Below are positions 13,365 to 24,797 of a stretch of DNA of 44,927 nt, in pieces. The notes under the pieces are model-generated. The model saw only the letters and a program-made list of their open reading frames with translations. It made no database searches and was not told the DNA's origin. This DNA is from Phoronis australis. Taxonomy: Eukaryota; Animalia; Phoronida. Location of the stretch: assembly GCA_002633005.1 (NCBI GenBank), contig NMRA01000001.1:4813235-4858161 (forward strand), read 5' to 3'. A program made the translations under genes and the position numbers. The first letter of the stretch is position 1. Each line of letters starts with the position of its first letter.

Positions 13365-13821
13365 CCTTGTCAGAGTCTTCACTCTCTTCTAGACCCATAG
13401 TCCTCATTTCCTCTAGTTTCTGCAGGTACAAATAATCATTCCTCGTCATGCACACAGCTTTATCATACGTCTTCAATATGGCAGGAAATGTGTCTTGCAG
13501 CCAGCTGAATATAAACTCGCCTTCAAGCACCAACTTGCCAGACTTCATGTGTAGAGTAATTTGTATCCCGTCAACACTCACACACAGTGTTGTAGACTTG
13601 GTCACATTGTCAAATCCTTCTGAATAATGATAGCTGTTCTTAGGAAAGTTATCTGTGTGTTGAAGCACATTTGCCCATAACAAGGCCAAAACTGTCGAGC
13701 CCCGTTTTTCTGTACTGGCTATTGTGACACGCTTTGGCATTAGTTCTATGGCAACATCCTCGGAGATCTTGCTATTGACAAATGTGCGAACATGAGTCTC
13801 AACGACCACCTTGCTTGTCAT
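13365..13821 (-). CDS. Coding exon 1 of an uncharacterised ~372-aa protein (N-terminal domain with ITLHMKSGKLVLEG motif)
   Basis: ATG at 13821 follows an acceptor at 13847-13848. The frame is open for 457 nt to donor G|gtgagg (phase 1). Confidence 0.8.
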
Positions 13822-16800
13822 GCTTTCAACAGTCAGCTGTCAATCTCTAGAAAAAACAAACATCAAATTAATTGCCTACATTTTTGAAAGTGACACGGTG
13901 ATAGCTAATTCCTTTGGTTGATAGGGGTCAACTTTCTGGTGACTTTTAAATTCAAAAATCATCAGACCGACTGGCTTTTGCTTTTGCCATGGTAATTTCA
14001 CTCAGGTAGGTCATTTAACATGCTGGTGCCTAATTTGTTTATTTGTTAATTAAATTATAAAAATGCAGACGTCGAAATAACCAAATGCTCAGGCACATTC
14101 TAATCAGCATAAATACATACACTGCATTCTCGTAATGTGACCGTCCATAGTCACAGTACCCCAACTTGTAGATGAACGAGCTCACACACTAAGTGGAATG
14201 TGAATTTCTCCACGCCAATGTTGCAGACGCCCAGGTTCTCGGTCCTGAATTTGAATCATCGTGACTAGACACGGTGAGTTCTCTTTCCTGTTTTCTAAAT
14301 GTAATCAAATTTCTTGAAATATATGTCTCCGCTCTCAACATCTTGACATGACTTCAAAAGCAGATGATAGCCCGCAAAGTTCAAGCATTTTTCATTAGTC
14401 AGTCTTCCACAAACCAATGAAAAATAATGAATCATGAAAGGAAAGTCTTGTATACAAGACATTAAACGCTCTACTCAGGATACACCGTTAGTCCCATCGA
14501 GCGCTCTCGGCAATTTCCCGTCATTTTCCCGTGTCTTCGCCAATCTGGTGCTTCAAAACTCCCATAATTTCAAAGATCTATATTTGTTATTTTCAGTTGA
14601 TTTTTGAAGAGCAATAAATGCTCAAAATCCATAAATTTGAAAACCCGTATGTAGTGATTTTTTTGTCCTAAAAGAACGTAGAATACGGATAAATCCATAA
14701 CAGTTGACAGTCCTGCAACTAATTTGCCAGTAGGAAAGTGAGTAATATTGAAAAGCTAAAGCTCAAAATAAGCACAAATATCATACATCTTCATATGGGA
14801 TTTTGATTATTGGCACTTTCTAGAGAAATGACAGCATGCAAGTGACTTCCAGTTGATCCCAACTCAGATTTGGTGAACAAAAATTCAATTTCTACATAGT
14901 GGCTGGTGGTTCATTTAAAAGCAGAAGAACAAATTCCAGTCGTTTGATTAGCTGAATTTCGGGGTATTTTGAAAGTCAGCTATTGCTCCTTCGCCACATT
15001 AGAAGAGCTTTCTTGCCTGGAGAAAATGACAATTCATTATTGCTTGCAACCAGGCTCATACAAGTTGATTTGTCATGGTCTTAAACATTAATAACGAACT
15101 GTCCAGCCAAGAAATTACTCAAGCCACATAATCAGAATCAAGCAGTTTCAGTATAATCAGCATTACTATTTCTTTACATGTTATTACACTTATCTTTCAA
15201 AGGTGACATTGCTGACTTTCCAGTCATTTCCAACGCCAAACAAAGACTGTAAGTGTAAAACAGTTAACTCTTTGACAGCCAGGCCCTGACCCAGGGTGGC
15301 AATCACTGACATTCGTGATGTGGCTGTGCTGCTCACGCAAAGCCAAATGGTGACTACTGTAATGATTTATAAAAAGTCACGGGAGTTTATCTGAATCTTG
15401 TTTTGCACATACCTCTCTTACACTGTAGTACCCGCGCACAACGTCCACACTTTTGTCGGACTTTTTATACAGCAAGTTATTCAGTCCAACCAACTCCAGA
15501 ACCCAGAACTTCAGAAGACTCCGAGTGAACAGTCTCACATGCCTTATCGCCTGGGTAGTGTACCTCAACGCCAGCGTTTTCGCCGATCATGTGAAACTAG
15601 TACCAATTCAATTATGGTTCACCTAGTGAAACATAAATAGATCCTTAAAATAAAAGGATTATTTCATTTACCTAGACTAGAGAATGATAGTTACCTTGGC
15701 ACCCACTCCGATCATAAACATTCAGAGCTGGTCCTTGCTCTTCAGAGCTTGATAAATTCTCTGGCGGGAACCAGGCACTCCTACAGTAACGATCCTGGCG
15801 TCAGAATGTAGAACCAGATTCAACTAACCTCGGCTGGGGGAGATTTCAGTCCGCTTGGACCTTACCTTATGACCTTGCTAAAATCTAGCCAAAATCACGT
15901 GCTCTCATTTGAAATACACGGCAATGTCTCACGTAATCTCGCAAAGTCTTGCTTTTTAGCGAGGTACTGGTGTTACTGAACGGCTGGCTGGTTCCCCACA
16001 ATCTGACGTCACGGAGCGTGCACATCCAATCTCAGTAGAGGGTCTGTGCAGGACTGGAGAGAACTAACCTTCTCTGCCTGCCTGGAATCCGCGACAGAAG
16101 AAGAATCTACTGCGGGTTCCAAGGTTCCTCCTTGAAATAAACCGTGATGCGTGAAGTCCATTCAAAGAACTTTTTAAAGCGAGAGAGGTTCGCGTCAAGG
16201 CAAAATGATTTCAAAATTCCGACGGCGGCGCTGACACCGGATCAAAGATTTTGATTCGTTTTCGATGTATGAAATATGAAAAATCTGTTTAATTTGAATT
16301 TTAGCTATTTGATCCACCAAACTCGGGTACACCCGAAATTTCATTTGCTCAAATGTTCTCGTACTTTTCCAAAAATATGCCAGTAACCTGGTAGGATGGT
16401 AAAGTGTGAGCATGATGCATGCTGTAAGAACGAGGGGACCTTAAAGCAATAATAAAAAAAAAAATAAAAAAAAAAATCTCCGGACTCCCCAACGTGTAAA
16501 TCCGGCACTGACATCAACTATTGGAGCCCTTGTGTGCGCATGAAATAGTTCATGTAGTTTTAGTTTTCCGCCATGCACTTGCCTTTTTTACTGCCGGGTA
16601 ATTCAGTAAAACATGAATTTTATTGCCGTTTACCCGCAGCAGTCATTTTATTGACGAACCACCTGGAATTCAGAAATTTCTTTGAAAGGTTCATTTTAAT
16701 TCTAATTGTTTTGAATTGATTACGTGTTCAAGGAGCGTTATTTCAAAATAATATTCAACCACAATCGGTTTGTTGTCAAATTTGTGTTGAAATGAACCAA

Positions 16801-16998
16801 AACGGAAAGGATACCTTTAATGAATTGTAAAGGGTAGCAATGAAAAATAACCCATAGGTTATTCAATATGTAAACAAGGCAATTTCTGAAAAAAAACATG
16901 AAGGTAGACATTTACCTTGAAAATACAAATCCCCGGTTTCATATCTCAGCAACCTTCCATGTTGTACCCGGCAGTCTTTATTAACTAAGAATGTAACC

Positions 16999-17311
16999 TA
17001 GTGTGGCGGATTTGGGGGGGGGCCAAGGAGGCCATGGCTCCCCTAAAATTCTATCAGATACCATTCGGGAGTTCGGGTGCGAATTACTGACTAGCACATG
17101 CGCGCAACCAGGGGGACTCGGGGGTTGAATAAACAATGCATAGGCCCTGAACAAACTCCGTTTACCGTTTTTTTTTAGTCAACAGGTCCGCAAACCCAAA
17201 ATTCGAGACCCCTGCATCCCCACATTTTAGGCTGGGCGCGCGATTCTGCCGCAATTCTGATTATTCCTGTGCCCTGGCCCCCCCTAACTCAAAATCCTGG
17301 ATCCGCCCCTG
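16999..17311. mobile_element. MITE with GGCGGAT...ATCCGCCCCTG termini, same family as 2768-2923
   Basis: tggcggatttggggggggcc...ggccccccctaactcaaaatcctggatccgcccctg. Confidence 0.65.
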
Positions 17312-18137
17312 GCAACGGCATTAACGAGACGGGGATCCGGTTTGTGCATTCACTAATTTATTATTGACTGCTAAAATTGCGACAAGATCTGCGTGCATTG
17401 TTTCTAACAATAGACACAAAATGAAACATAGCAAAAAATAAAACTAAATATACTCCCAGCATATATTTGCTGCTGAAATAGCTTGGATTTCAGCTATACC
17501 ATACAAAAATTTTGACAAGAATAGAAAACGAAGGACGTAAAGTTGTAAACCATGTAATGTGAACAATGCAAACAGATCAACACGTACTCCTATTAAGCGT
17601 GCGTATAAGTGCGCAATGTGAGTACACTTGTCTGTGAATCGTAATTTACCACAAGCTTGTCCAGTTTGTCGTCATAGGACTGCATACAAATCACAACTCA
17701 GAAAATTATTGTTACTAGAAAAATTACTTGAAATGTGAGGCATCATTTTATGATTTTAGTAGAAACCTGGACATAAGAATTCATCGTGAGTTCGTGAAAG
17801 TACGAGGAGAGTATACGACTATGAGAGTCATGCTTTATTTACTGAGAAACCTTTTCAATGGAAGAACCACAAAATACGTGAAAGTCATAATTGTCAAGAT
17901 ACATTAACATCTACAGAATACAAGCTTCAATGTACAGAGAATACTGTGTTGTCATAAATAAACAATAAAGGGATGTAGGGAATTTTTCCAAAGCAGAAAG
18001 AAAGTCCGGTGAGCCAAAAGTTATTTTAATGGCGTAAATGCTCTGGTCCTGCTCAACTGAAGCATCTGTTACTTAAAAAATTCTGAACACTAAACGCTTT
18101 ATAATCTACAAACTGAACACTATATTTTTCTTCCTTN

Positions 18138-18204
18138 CACACACACAAACAAACAAACAAACATACATACATACATACATACATACATACATACGTACAT
18201 ACAT
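18138..18204. repeat. Compound microsatellite (CA)n(CAAA)n(CATA)n next to an N join
   Basis: Seen directly; N at 18137. Confidence 0.95.
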
Positions 18205-19199
18205 GCATTAACTAAAAATGCAACGACAGTAAAAAGACGTGTTCGGCCGAACAACCATTTTTTCAAAATCCTGTTTCAACATTAAATTTCATTGAATAAA
18301 CGCCATACCCAACTGCTAAAATTGTGACCAGGCACGATCACACTAATCTGTCAGGTCTATGGGCATTTTTTGAACAAAAATATGTGTAAGTATTGACCTG
18401 TCAACTTATTCATACATTTTTAAAATCATTCGTGGATTTTCTCATGAGTAAGGCCAGAGATCGACTTTCGTTTGTGTATCATCTACATTGAGTTGGGGCT
18501 TAACTAAAAACAAAACTCGACATTAAATTTCCAACAAACACCTGCTTGTGCAATAAAAATCGTATGTCCAGCTTTCCCATAAGCTGCAACGAACATCAAG
18601 TTTTTCACTAAAACAATAATCGCCACAACTTTTGGAAAGCTAACATTGCACTTTCACGCACCAGTGAGTTTGCTATAATTGCTTTTTATCTATATTAATC
18701 ACTGTAATGTGGTAGTAAAGTATGGTTTAACGTGAAGTTCGTGCGTCGAAATTACCTTGTTTATCAAAGGGTTTTATAAACTGTGTTGGTAAAAATTACA
18801 TTTTCTTCGTATCTTGCAGGCTTATCATCACATTACTACCATCTGTAGACACTATCAGCAAACAATAACATTAAGGTATACTGACGTAAATCTAATTCAA
18901 ACTTTTATTACCACAAATGTAAGATTTTCTTTTTCATTGAATTCTTCTGCGGATTTGCGGAAATTCAGCGTAGATCGAGCCTGATTTATAATTTACGGAC
19001 TTAGATCTTGCCTGTTTATTTGTACTTTGATATCATATTCGGCGATTGCTCACGTGACGAAACAGCGTATTAATTATTTCCCATAATTTCACAAAACAAT
19101 GCTTCAAAGATTTTTCTAGGGAGAGAAAAAATTACGTTGCCTTGCCTTCTAGGCACATGGATTTTTAGCAAAAAACGTGCAGACTGTATTAGATATTAA

Positions 19200-19780
19200 A
19201 TCAATGACACTTCACTCGCCAGATGCAGCTTGCAAAGAAACTTTTTGAAATGTGTCAAAATAACATTACACCAACTGTCCCAGCGAAATTTTCAGATAAG
19301 GGTTTTCAGAAAGATAAAATCAAAATGAGGAAACCTGTGTTGTCTAGCTTTCAAATAGTTGCAGATTAAGATTTTAAACACAATTTTAGCAACAAACTTA
19401 TTTCTTCTCAAAGTAATACTTTATGTTACTGAGACCTGTACTTTGTGCCACTGTGAACAAGAAACTTTGCAACACATTTTTATGATTGTTATGTCACTGA
19501 CAAATTTGGATGAAATAACCAATGTCCATGTAATTAGCAATAAGTAAAGAGGCAAATGTTTGGAACAACTGGTTGTAAAAAAACAAAGTATAGAATTTTT
19601 TTTTTTACAAAGAAAACGTTTCAGTTATCATTGTACAACAAAAATACGAGCAGATCCCCAAGTTTACTCCTTGTTTAAAATACTGGAACACGACTTTAAC
19701 ATCTAAACTGTGTTGTTGAAAAACTTCAAATACGTAAAGTTTAATAGGTAGTGGAAAATGGTTACCTATTCTTTTTTAGA
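19200..19780 (+). mobile_element. Decayed 3' end of an L1/Tx1-like LINE (zf-RVT-like region)
   Basis: FQIKILNTILATNLFL...CTLCHCEQETLQHIF matches the C-terminal CCHC zinc knuckle of L1/Tx1 ORF2, with frameshifts. Confidence 0.75.
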
Positions 19781-19924
19781 ATCCAGATTAAGTGCATGTC
19801 AACACAATACCTTTTTATCAACCATATACCAAGCACTATTCAAATATTAACATGTGAGTTGTTAAAGACGCAAGCAGCGCGAAATATAGTTCAAGCATAG
19901 CAAACTGCAATTATTAGTTGTAAT

Positions 19925-19971
19925 AGAAGTAGTAGCAGAAGTAGCAGCAGCAGGACCAGCAGCATCAACAG

Positions 19972-20034
<63 letters not shown>
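19925..20034. repeat. (CAG)n / (AGT)n trinucleotide repeat
   Basis: Seen directly; pure CAG run at 19978-20028. Confidence 0.95.
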
Positions 20035-20035
<1 letters not shown>

Positions 20036-20399
20036 GGAGTTTATATTTCAATATAATTTCCGAATACATATTTGGTTTAGGGATGGCTTTGGGATGCAAC
20101 CCATAAATCATTAAAAAAATAATTGTTCACGGAAAACACAATAAATGAAGAAGCTTGTGACAGAATTAATAATAAACGCTGCAAGACACTTATATTATCG
20201 GTGATCTGAACACTTGAAGTCTTATTAAGAATTACAGATGTAGCAGTTGACGATGGTGCAGTCAAAACGATACCTATTAAAACACTGTTTTTACACTAAA
20301 TAGCGAATGTCTAAAACCTTGTGAAAGACAAATTGCAAGACCATTAGAATAAGGTTTGGTAAAACATTACGTAAGGAGATTTTATTTTTAGGACAGAAG

Positions 20400-20830
20400 T
20401 AAAAAGTTGTTTCATTGCCTGTAATGATGATGAATACTTGAGCGGGTAACAATATTAAATGTATTTGGTAGAATTTTCTTAAAATATTTATAAAACAATT
20501 TTATAAGAGTGGACACATCTAAATTTTCAATTTTAAGACCACATGATGTCTTGAACAAGCTCTCTGAGTGAACATTATATTTACAAGAATTCAAAATTCT
20601 AACAACTTTCATCCGGAAGTCAAATATATGCTTGCGTTCGTTGATACGAGTCACGTCATGGTATCGTAGTTAAGGTGAAGCAGAATCGTGCTGTCATAAA
20701 GTATTCCCAGTACAAAAAATAAAACGCAGACTGTTTAAAACACCAGGAAACTTGCAAATTTTGCGGATTATTATCGATCTGTTTTCCTTAAGAAAAAATT
20801 TCTTTAATAATCAAAAGGTGAAATGAATCA
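20400..20830 (-). mobile_element. Decayed 3' end of a CR1/L2-type LINE
   Basis: KVVRILNSCKYNVHSESLFK...LKI...IHHHYRQ resembles the post-RT C-terminus of CR1/L2-clade ORF2. Confidence 0.6.
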
Positions 20831-21144
20831 AGTTAGTGATGGTGAATCCTCCCGTCCAAGCAATCAATCAACTCCATTTTGACCATGTTTTATGATGTGA
20901 AATTACAAAAAAGGTTTACTCAAAACACGAACACAAGATAGCGGGGCATGGAGGTTTAACTTTTTTAGATAAATAAATAATTTTTGAATAGAAAGCAACG
21001 GCATCAAAAGTTAAATGAGCAGTGTCCCAAACCAGCACAGGTCAATGGGGTCAGCTAAGGATACATTAATTAGCACGGTCAAGTGAACCATGCCTAATGT
21101 GTCACGATAGCTATTTCTTGGATTCCGTTTCAGGCTCGATGACC

Positions 21145-21171
21145 GTCATGGTAACAAAATTCCTTTAAATA
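21145..21171 (+). promoter_or_regulatory. Putative core promoter of paralog A (GTCATGGTAAC + TTTAAATA)
   Basis: Lies ~55 nt upstream of the ATG. The same motif pair with near-identical spacing precedes paralog B (34744-34769, 36599-36624). Confidence 0.55.
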
Positions 21172-21225
21172 TGAGGCACCCTCAGCAGGATCTTCAACTG
21201 CGGTCTCCACAGACGAAGCAGAACC

Positions 21226-21237
21226 ATGAAACTCAAG
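21226..21237 (+). CDS. Paralog A exon 1 (MKLK)
   Basis: accATGAAACTCAAG|gtaaga, phase 0. The same peptide and donor position occur in paralog B, and it completes the signal peptide of exon 2. Confidence 0.8.
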
Positions 21238-21439
21238 GTAAGACGCACAAACCATGGCTTCCGCGTCGGCTTGACTCTAATTTTGTGATTGATATGTTGT
21301 TAGTTTGAGAAGCGAAATTTTAAGTTGTTGTGGACTCACTGTTAGAGTCAGATGTTGCCAAACATTTTCATGGCGACTGTAGGTTGTACATTGCCTAATG
21401 AATTATCTTGACGTACTGTACGGTCAGCTGTGCCCGGTT

Positions 21440-21848
21440 GCATGAAACAGCCCCAAATAGGGACTTAAATAAGTTCCTTGAATATTTCACGTATTTGCTT
21501 CGTTCTTTACTCAGAGATGTAGCACTTTCTTCCAATATTTTATCTTTATTGCGAGCTCCTCTTTGACTTATGACATTTCCTAATGATATAACTAAAAACT
21601 TAGCTCTTAATTCAGTCAAAATAATTATGGACTTAGCCCTTAAATTAAGGGCGTTGCATGAAAAGGACCAAACGTATTTTCAATAATATTGAGAATTGAA
21701 CGTAGACTTTACTCTCGATTTGTATCAAAGCTAATTGACAGTAATGAGACTCAAACAGCATAAGAAAGGACAATCAGTGTTTTCACAAACCCAAAAATAC
21801 GCAGTAGATTTAGGGAACTTAGCTGAGTTCCTATTTGGGACTGTTTAC
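21440..21848 (-). mobile_element. MITE copy 2 with ~35-nt terminal inverted repeats, in intron 1 of paralog A
   Basis: aaacagccccaaatagggactta...aagttcc at the left, ggaacttagctgagttcctatttgggactgttt at the right; homologous to 5885-6310. Confidence 0.7.
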
Positions 21849-22091
21849 AACATCGCATATTGACTACCTGTCAATAAAGCTTTCACATGTTTAAATGATA
21901 TATTTGGGTTTTTCGAACATTGTTGACAATAAATTTGGATCTAAGTTACGAAAAAATGGAACAAGCCTATGTGATGCTGCAATATATTTGAAACAGTAAA
22001 CTTGTAAACCTACTGCATTGATTGTCGCACAAGTGGTGTGGTGCATGCCTGGGCCATATGCATTTGTATCTTTTTTGCCAAAACTGATCGA

Positions 22092-22093
<2 letters not shown>

Positions 22094-22137
<44 letters not shown>
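22094..22137. repeat. (TA)n microsatellite
   Basis: Seen directly. Confidence 0.95.
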
Positions 22138-22143
<6 letters not shown>

Positions 22144-23709
22144 CGTAATGCGTATACGTATTGAAAGCCAAAGCGGAAAAATTTCCCGGACACATGTGTT
22201 TTCTATTCAGGAATTAAAATCTCTGCAGGACCAAAAAACAACTCAAAACCAGAATTTGTTACACCAGGACCAACACTTCATCACACCTGGACCAAAATTT
22301 AACTTTTTCAGTATTGGCTTTCCATACATACGTATACATAATAAACTTTAAGCCGAGTGAAAAATCAACACTGGAATGCTCCCGTGACTGGAACGTATTG
22401 TTCAAGGGGGGTGTTTATTGATTTCTTCTGTTAATGTCTTCCTGGTTTCATGTGATATGAATAGAAATATACTATTGAAGTCATTATGAAAATCGACTAG
22501 TGCTGGTCCATCCTAGTCATACACGTCTATGTCAAGGTCCATTAATATCTGTCAAGCCATTTCGACCACAGCCAACGGACAGACAGTATCTTGTTCAAAA
22601 TTAAAATGGCCAACAGAGGTTACGGTAGTGTAATCTCTGCCAGCTCTTCTTAGTCCGTTTACTATTAAACGAATTATTTAGATTAGAATTATGATGGCAC
22701 TCAACAGTTTTTTTGCTGATTTTGGGTTTGAAAAACCAGGTCGTGTTAGCTCAAGTAATCTGTTCCACAGGATGCACAAAATCTGAAATATGAAATTTGT
22801 ACTAGACCAAAAACTTCAAAAACCTTGCACAAAGTCTATCGAAACTGATTCCAAAGTAAAATTTTCCGGCTACTTGAATAACGATCAAGAATTCACCAAA
22901 TCACCAATTTTCACCCCAAAGTCAACATTGGCACGCGATTACTGCGAACTAAGAGGCAGAGCACCTGGACTGCCAAAACTTTTTACACAATAGCATGTTA
23001 GTAGAAAAACAGGTTTCGACCAGCCACATATTTTACAAATCCAAAGTTGCTGACTAGGGTACCTGAATTTCCAGCTAAGTTTCAGCTTCCCGCTTGCCAG
23101 CAGTAAAAGTTCAATAAAAGCCAAGGCTGAACAAAAAGTAACGAGAGAGTCACTGAACAACTGGCAATATTTCAAGGAGGGCAAATTAAAAAATCAAGCC
23201 AATGCCATTCGTAGCCTTCACATGCAACACAGAATTTTAAATGCCCAGCCAACCCAGCGGGGCCAAGTCTTAAAGGAAATGGGCAGACAAATTCAACTAT
23301 GTGGTTCAAAAAACTATTGAGTGTCACTCAAATACCAGAGAATAGACAGCTCCGTTCTATTCTAACTAATGATTGGCCATAGAAATGACGTCAAGTAACT
23401 GACGAAAGCTAGCCCTCCAAACAAGGACATTCTTTGTTACTCATAGTTCCATATTGTTGTCTGCTGGGTAACGAGTTTACATAAAACAGTTTTAGTGAAC
23501 TATGGCACAAGGACCAAGAACTAAGNACAAAACAAATGAGCAATAGCTCAAACAAATTAAACCGCGATTCCTCGAAATGACGTCATAAACAGCCAAATCA
23601 AATATCTATCAACAGTATTTAATCTATGCCCGCTACATTGCCTGTGTAAGATACGTCTACGAGCACCACTTGCTTATTCGATCAAAGTGCCTCTTTATGT
23701 TTGTTTCAG

Positions 23710-24176
23710 TATATCGCCGTTCTACTGTCCTTGGCGCTGGCCGTGACCTTGGTTATCACTGAAGAGACTAATCAAGAGGAAGATGTTAGCCAACAGGCCG
23801 AAGTGCAGACCGAGGAGCAAGCAGTAGAAGAACGCAGCGAGAACGAAGAGGTCGCGCAACAGGAAACGGAAGAAGCGGAGCAGACAGAGGAAGAGACGAC
23901 TGAAGAAGAGAGAGGATTAGAGGAAGAAGGAGAAGAAGCAGAGGAAGAGGAAGAGGAGACGACGAATGAAGAAGAGCGAAGTCTGGAAGAGGAAAAAGAA
24001 GACGAAGTCGAAGAAGAAAATGTTGAAGAAAGAAGCGAAGGAGACGAGGAAGAGGTCACTGAGGAAAGGGGTATCCTCCGTTATAAACGGTGCCGAACCA
24101 AAAAATTTAAAGCGTACAAGTATAGAGGAATTCGATACAGATATCCAGTTACCAATGTAGCCTGCAGACGTCAAAA
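23710..24176 (+). CDS. Paralog A exon 2: signal peptide, Glu-rich propeptide with five xEER motifs, first half of a basic cystine-knot-like domain
   Basis: tttgtttcag| acceptor (phase 0), hydrophobic YIAVLLSLALAVTLVIT, acidic tract, then GILRYKRCRTKK...VACRRQ and donor AA|gtgagt (phase 2). Confidence 0.9.
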
Positions 24177-24639
24177 GTGAGTACCCGTCACTAGGGTTAT
24201 TTGGAATATTATCGACAAGTCTGATCATTTAGCAAAAATAAGAGCAAAACTATAGAAGTTAACTATTCATTTTCTGAAGTTAAAAAACTTTTAGAATTTG
24301 ATTTTTGACTTTGTACCAATTTGCCACTTATTAGGTCATGTGACATGTCTTTTTATTAAAATTTACTAAAAAGAATGATGCATTCGATCAAAGTGAAGTA
24401 ACGTTGTCAGTTACATCGCCAAATTTCGCAAATGTTATATTTCAAAACGCTGTTACATTGTTGTAAATTATCATTTCGTTTTCGTTTAATTCAACTTTTA
24501 AACCTTTGATAGCCCCTCACACCAAAGTGTAGAATTTCAAAAACAATTTCTAAAGTAGTGATAAAGTGCAGTCTCTGAAAGCTCCATATGAGTCCGAAAG
24601 CACAGCTGTCAGGTAATATTGTCGTTATAATTGTTGCAG

Positions 24640-24797
24640 CGCTCTATGTAATCGACCTCGTTATGGGCGATGTAGAACCAAGTACGTCTCTTTTGTCGCG
24701 TATGGATATTGTGGTTACTGTAGAAGCAAGTGGAACAAGAATAGGCGCTGCGGTCTCGTCAAGTTCTGGGCAAGAAAAGCAGTCGGATGTAACTGTG
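24640..24797 (+). CDS. Paralog A exon 3: second half of the cystine-knot-like domain
   Basis: ttgttgcag| acceptor, in frame with the phase-2 donor. Encodes (N)ALCNRPRYGRCRTKYVSFVAYGYCGYCRSKWNKNRRCGLVKFWARKAVGCNC, then G|gtaagt. This frame is conserved in paralog B and is absent from the ORF track. Confidence 0.85.

Noticed and set aside
19925-20034. Poly-Gln coding exon
   Set aside because: No splice sites or ORF context; it sits at the tail of a decayed LINE.
23772-24228. Ser-rich and Phe-rich antisense ORFs (also 38039-38350)
   Set aside because: They are shadows of the Glu-rich sense exons.
24614-24639. In-frame TAA suggesting paralog A is a pseudogene
   Set aside because: The stop lies upstream of an in-frame acceptor (ttgttgcag, 24638-24639), so it is intronic.
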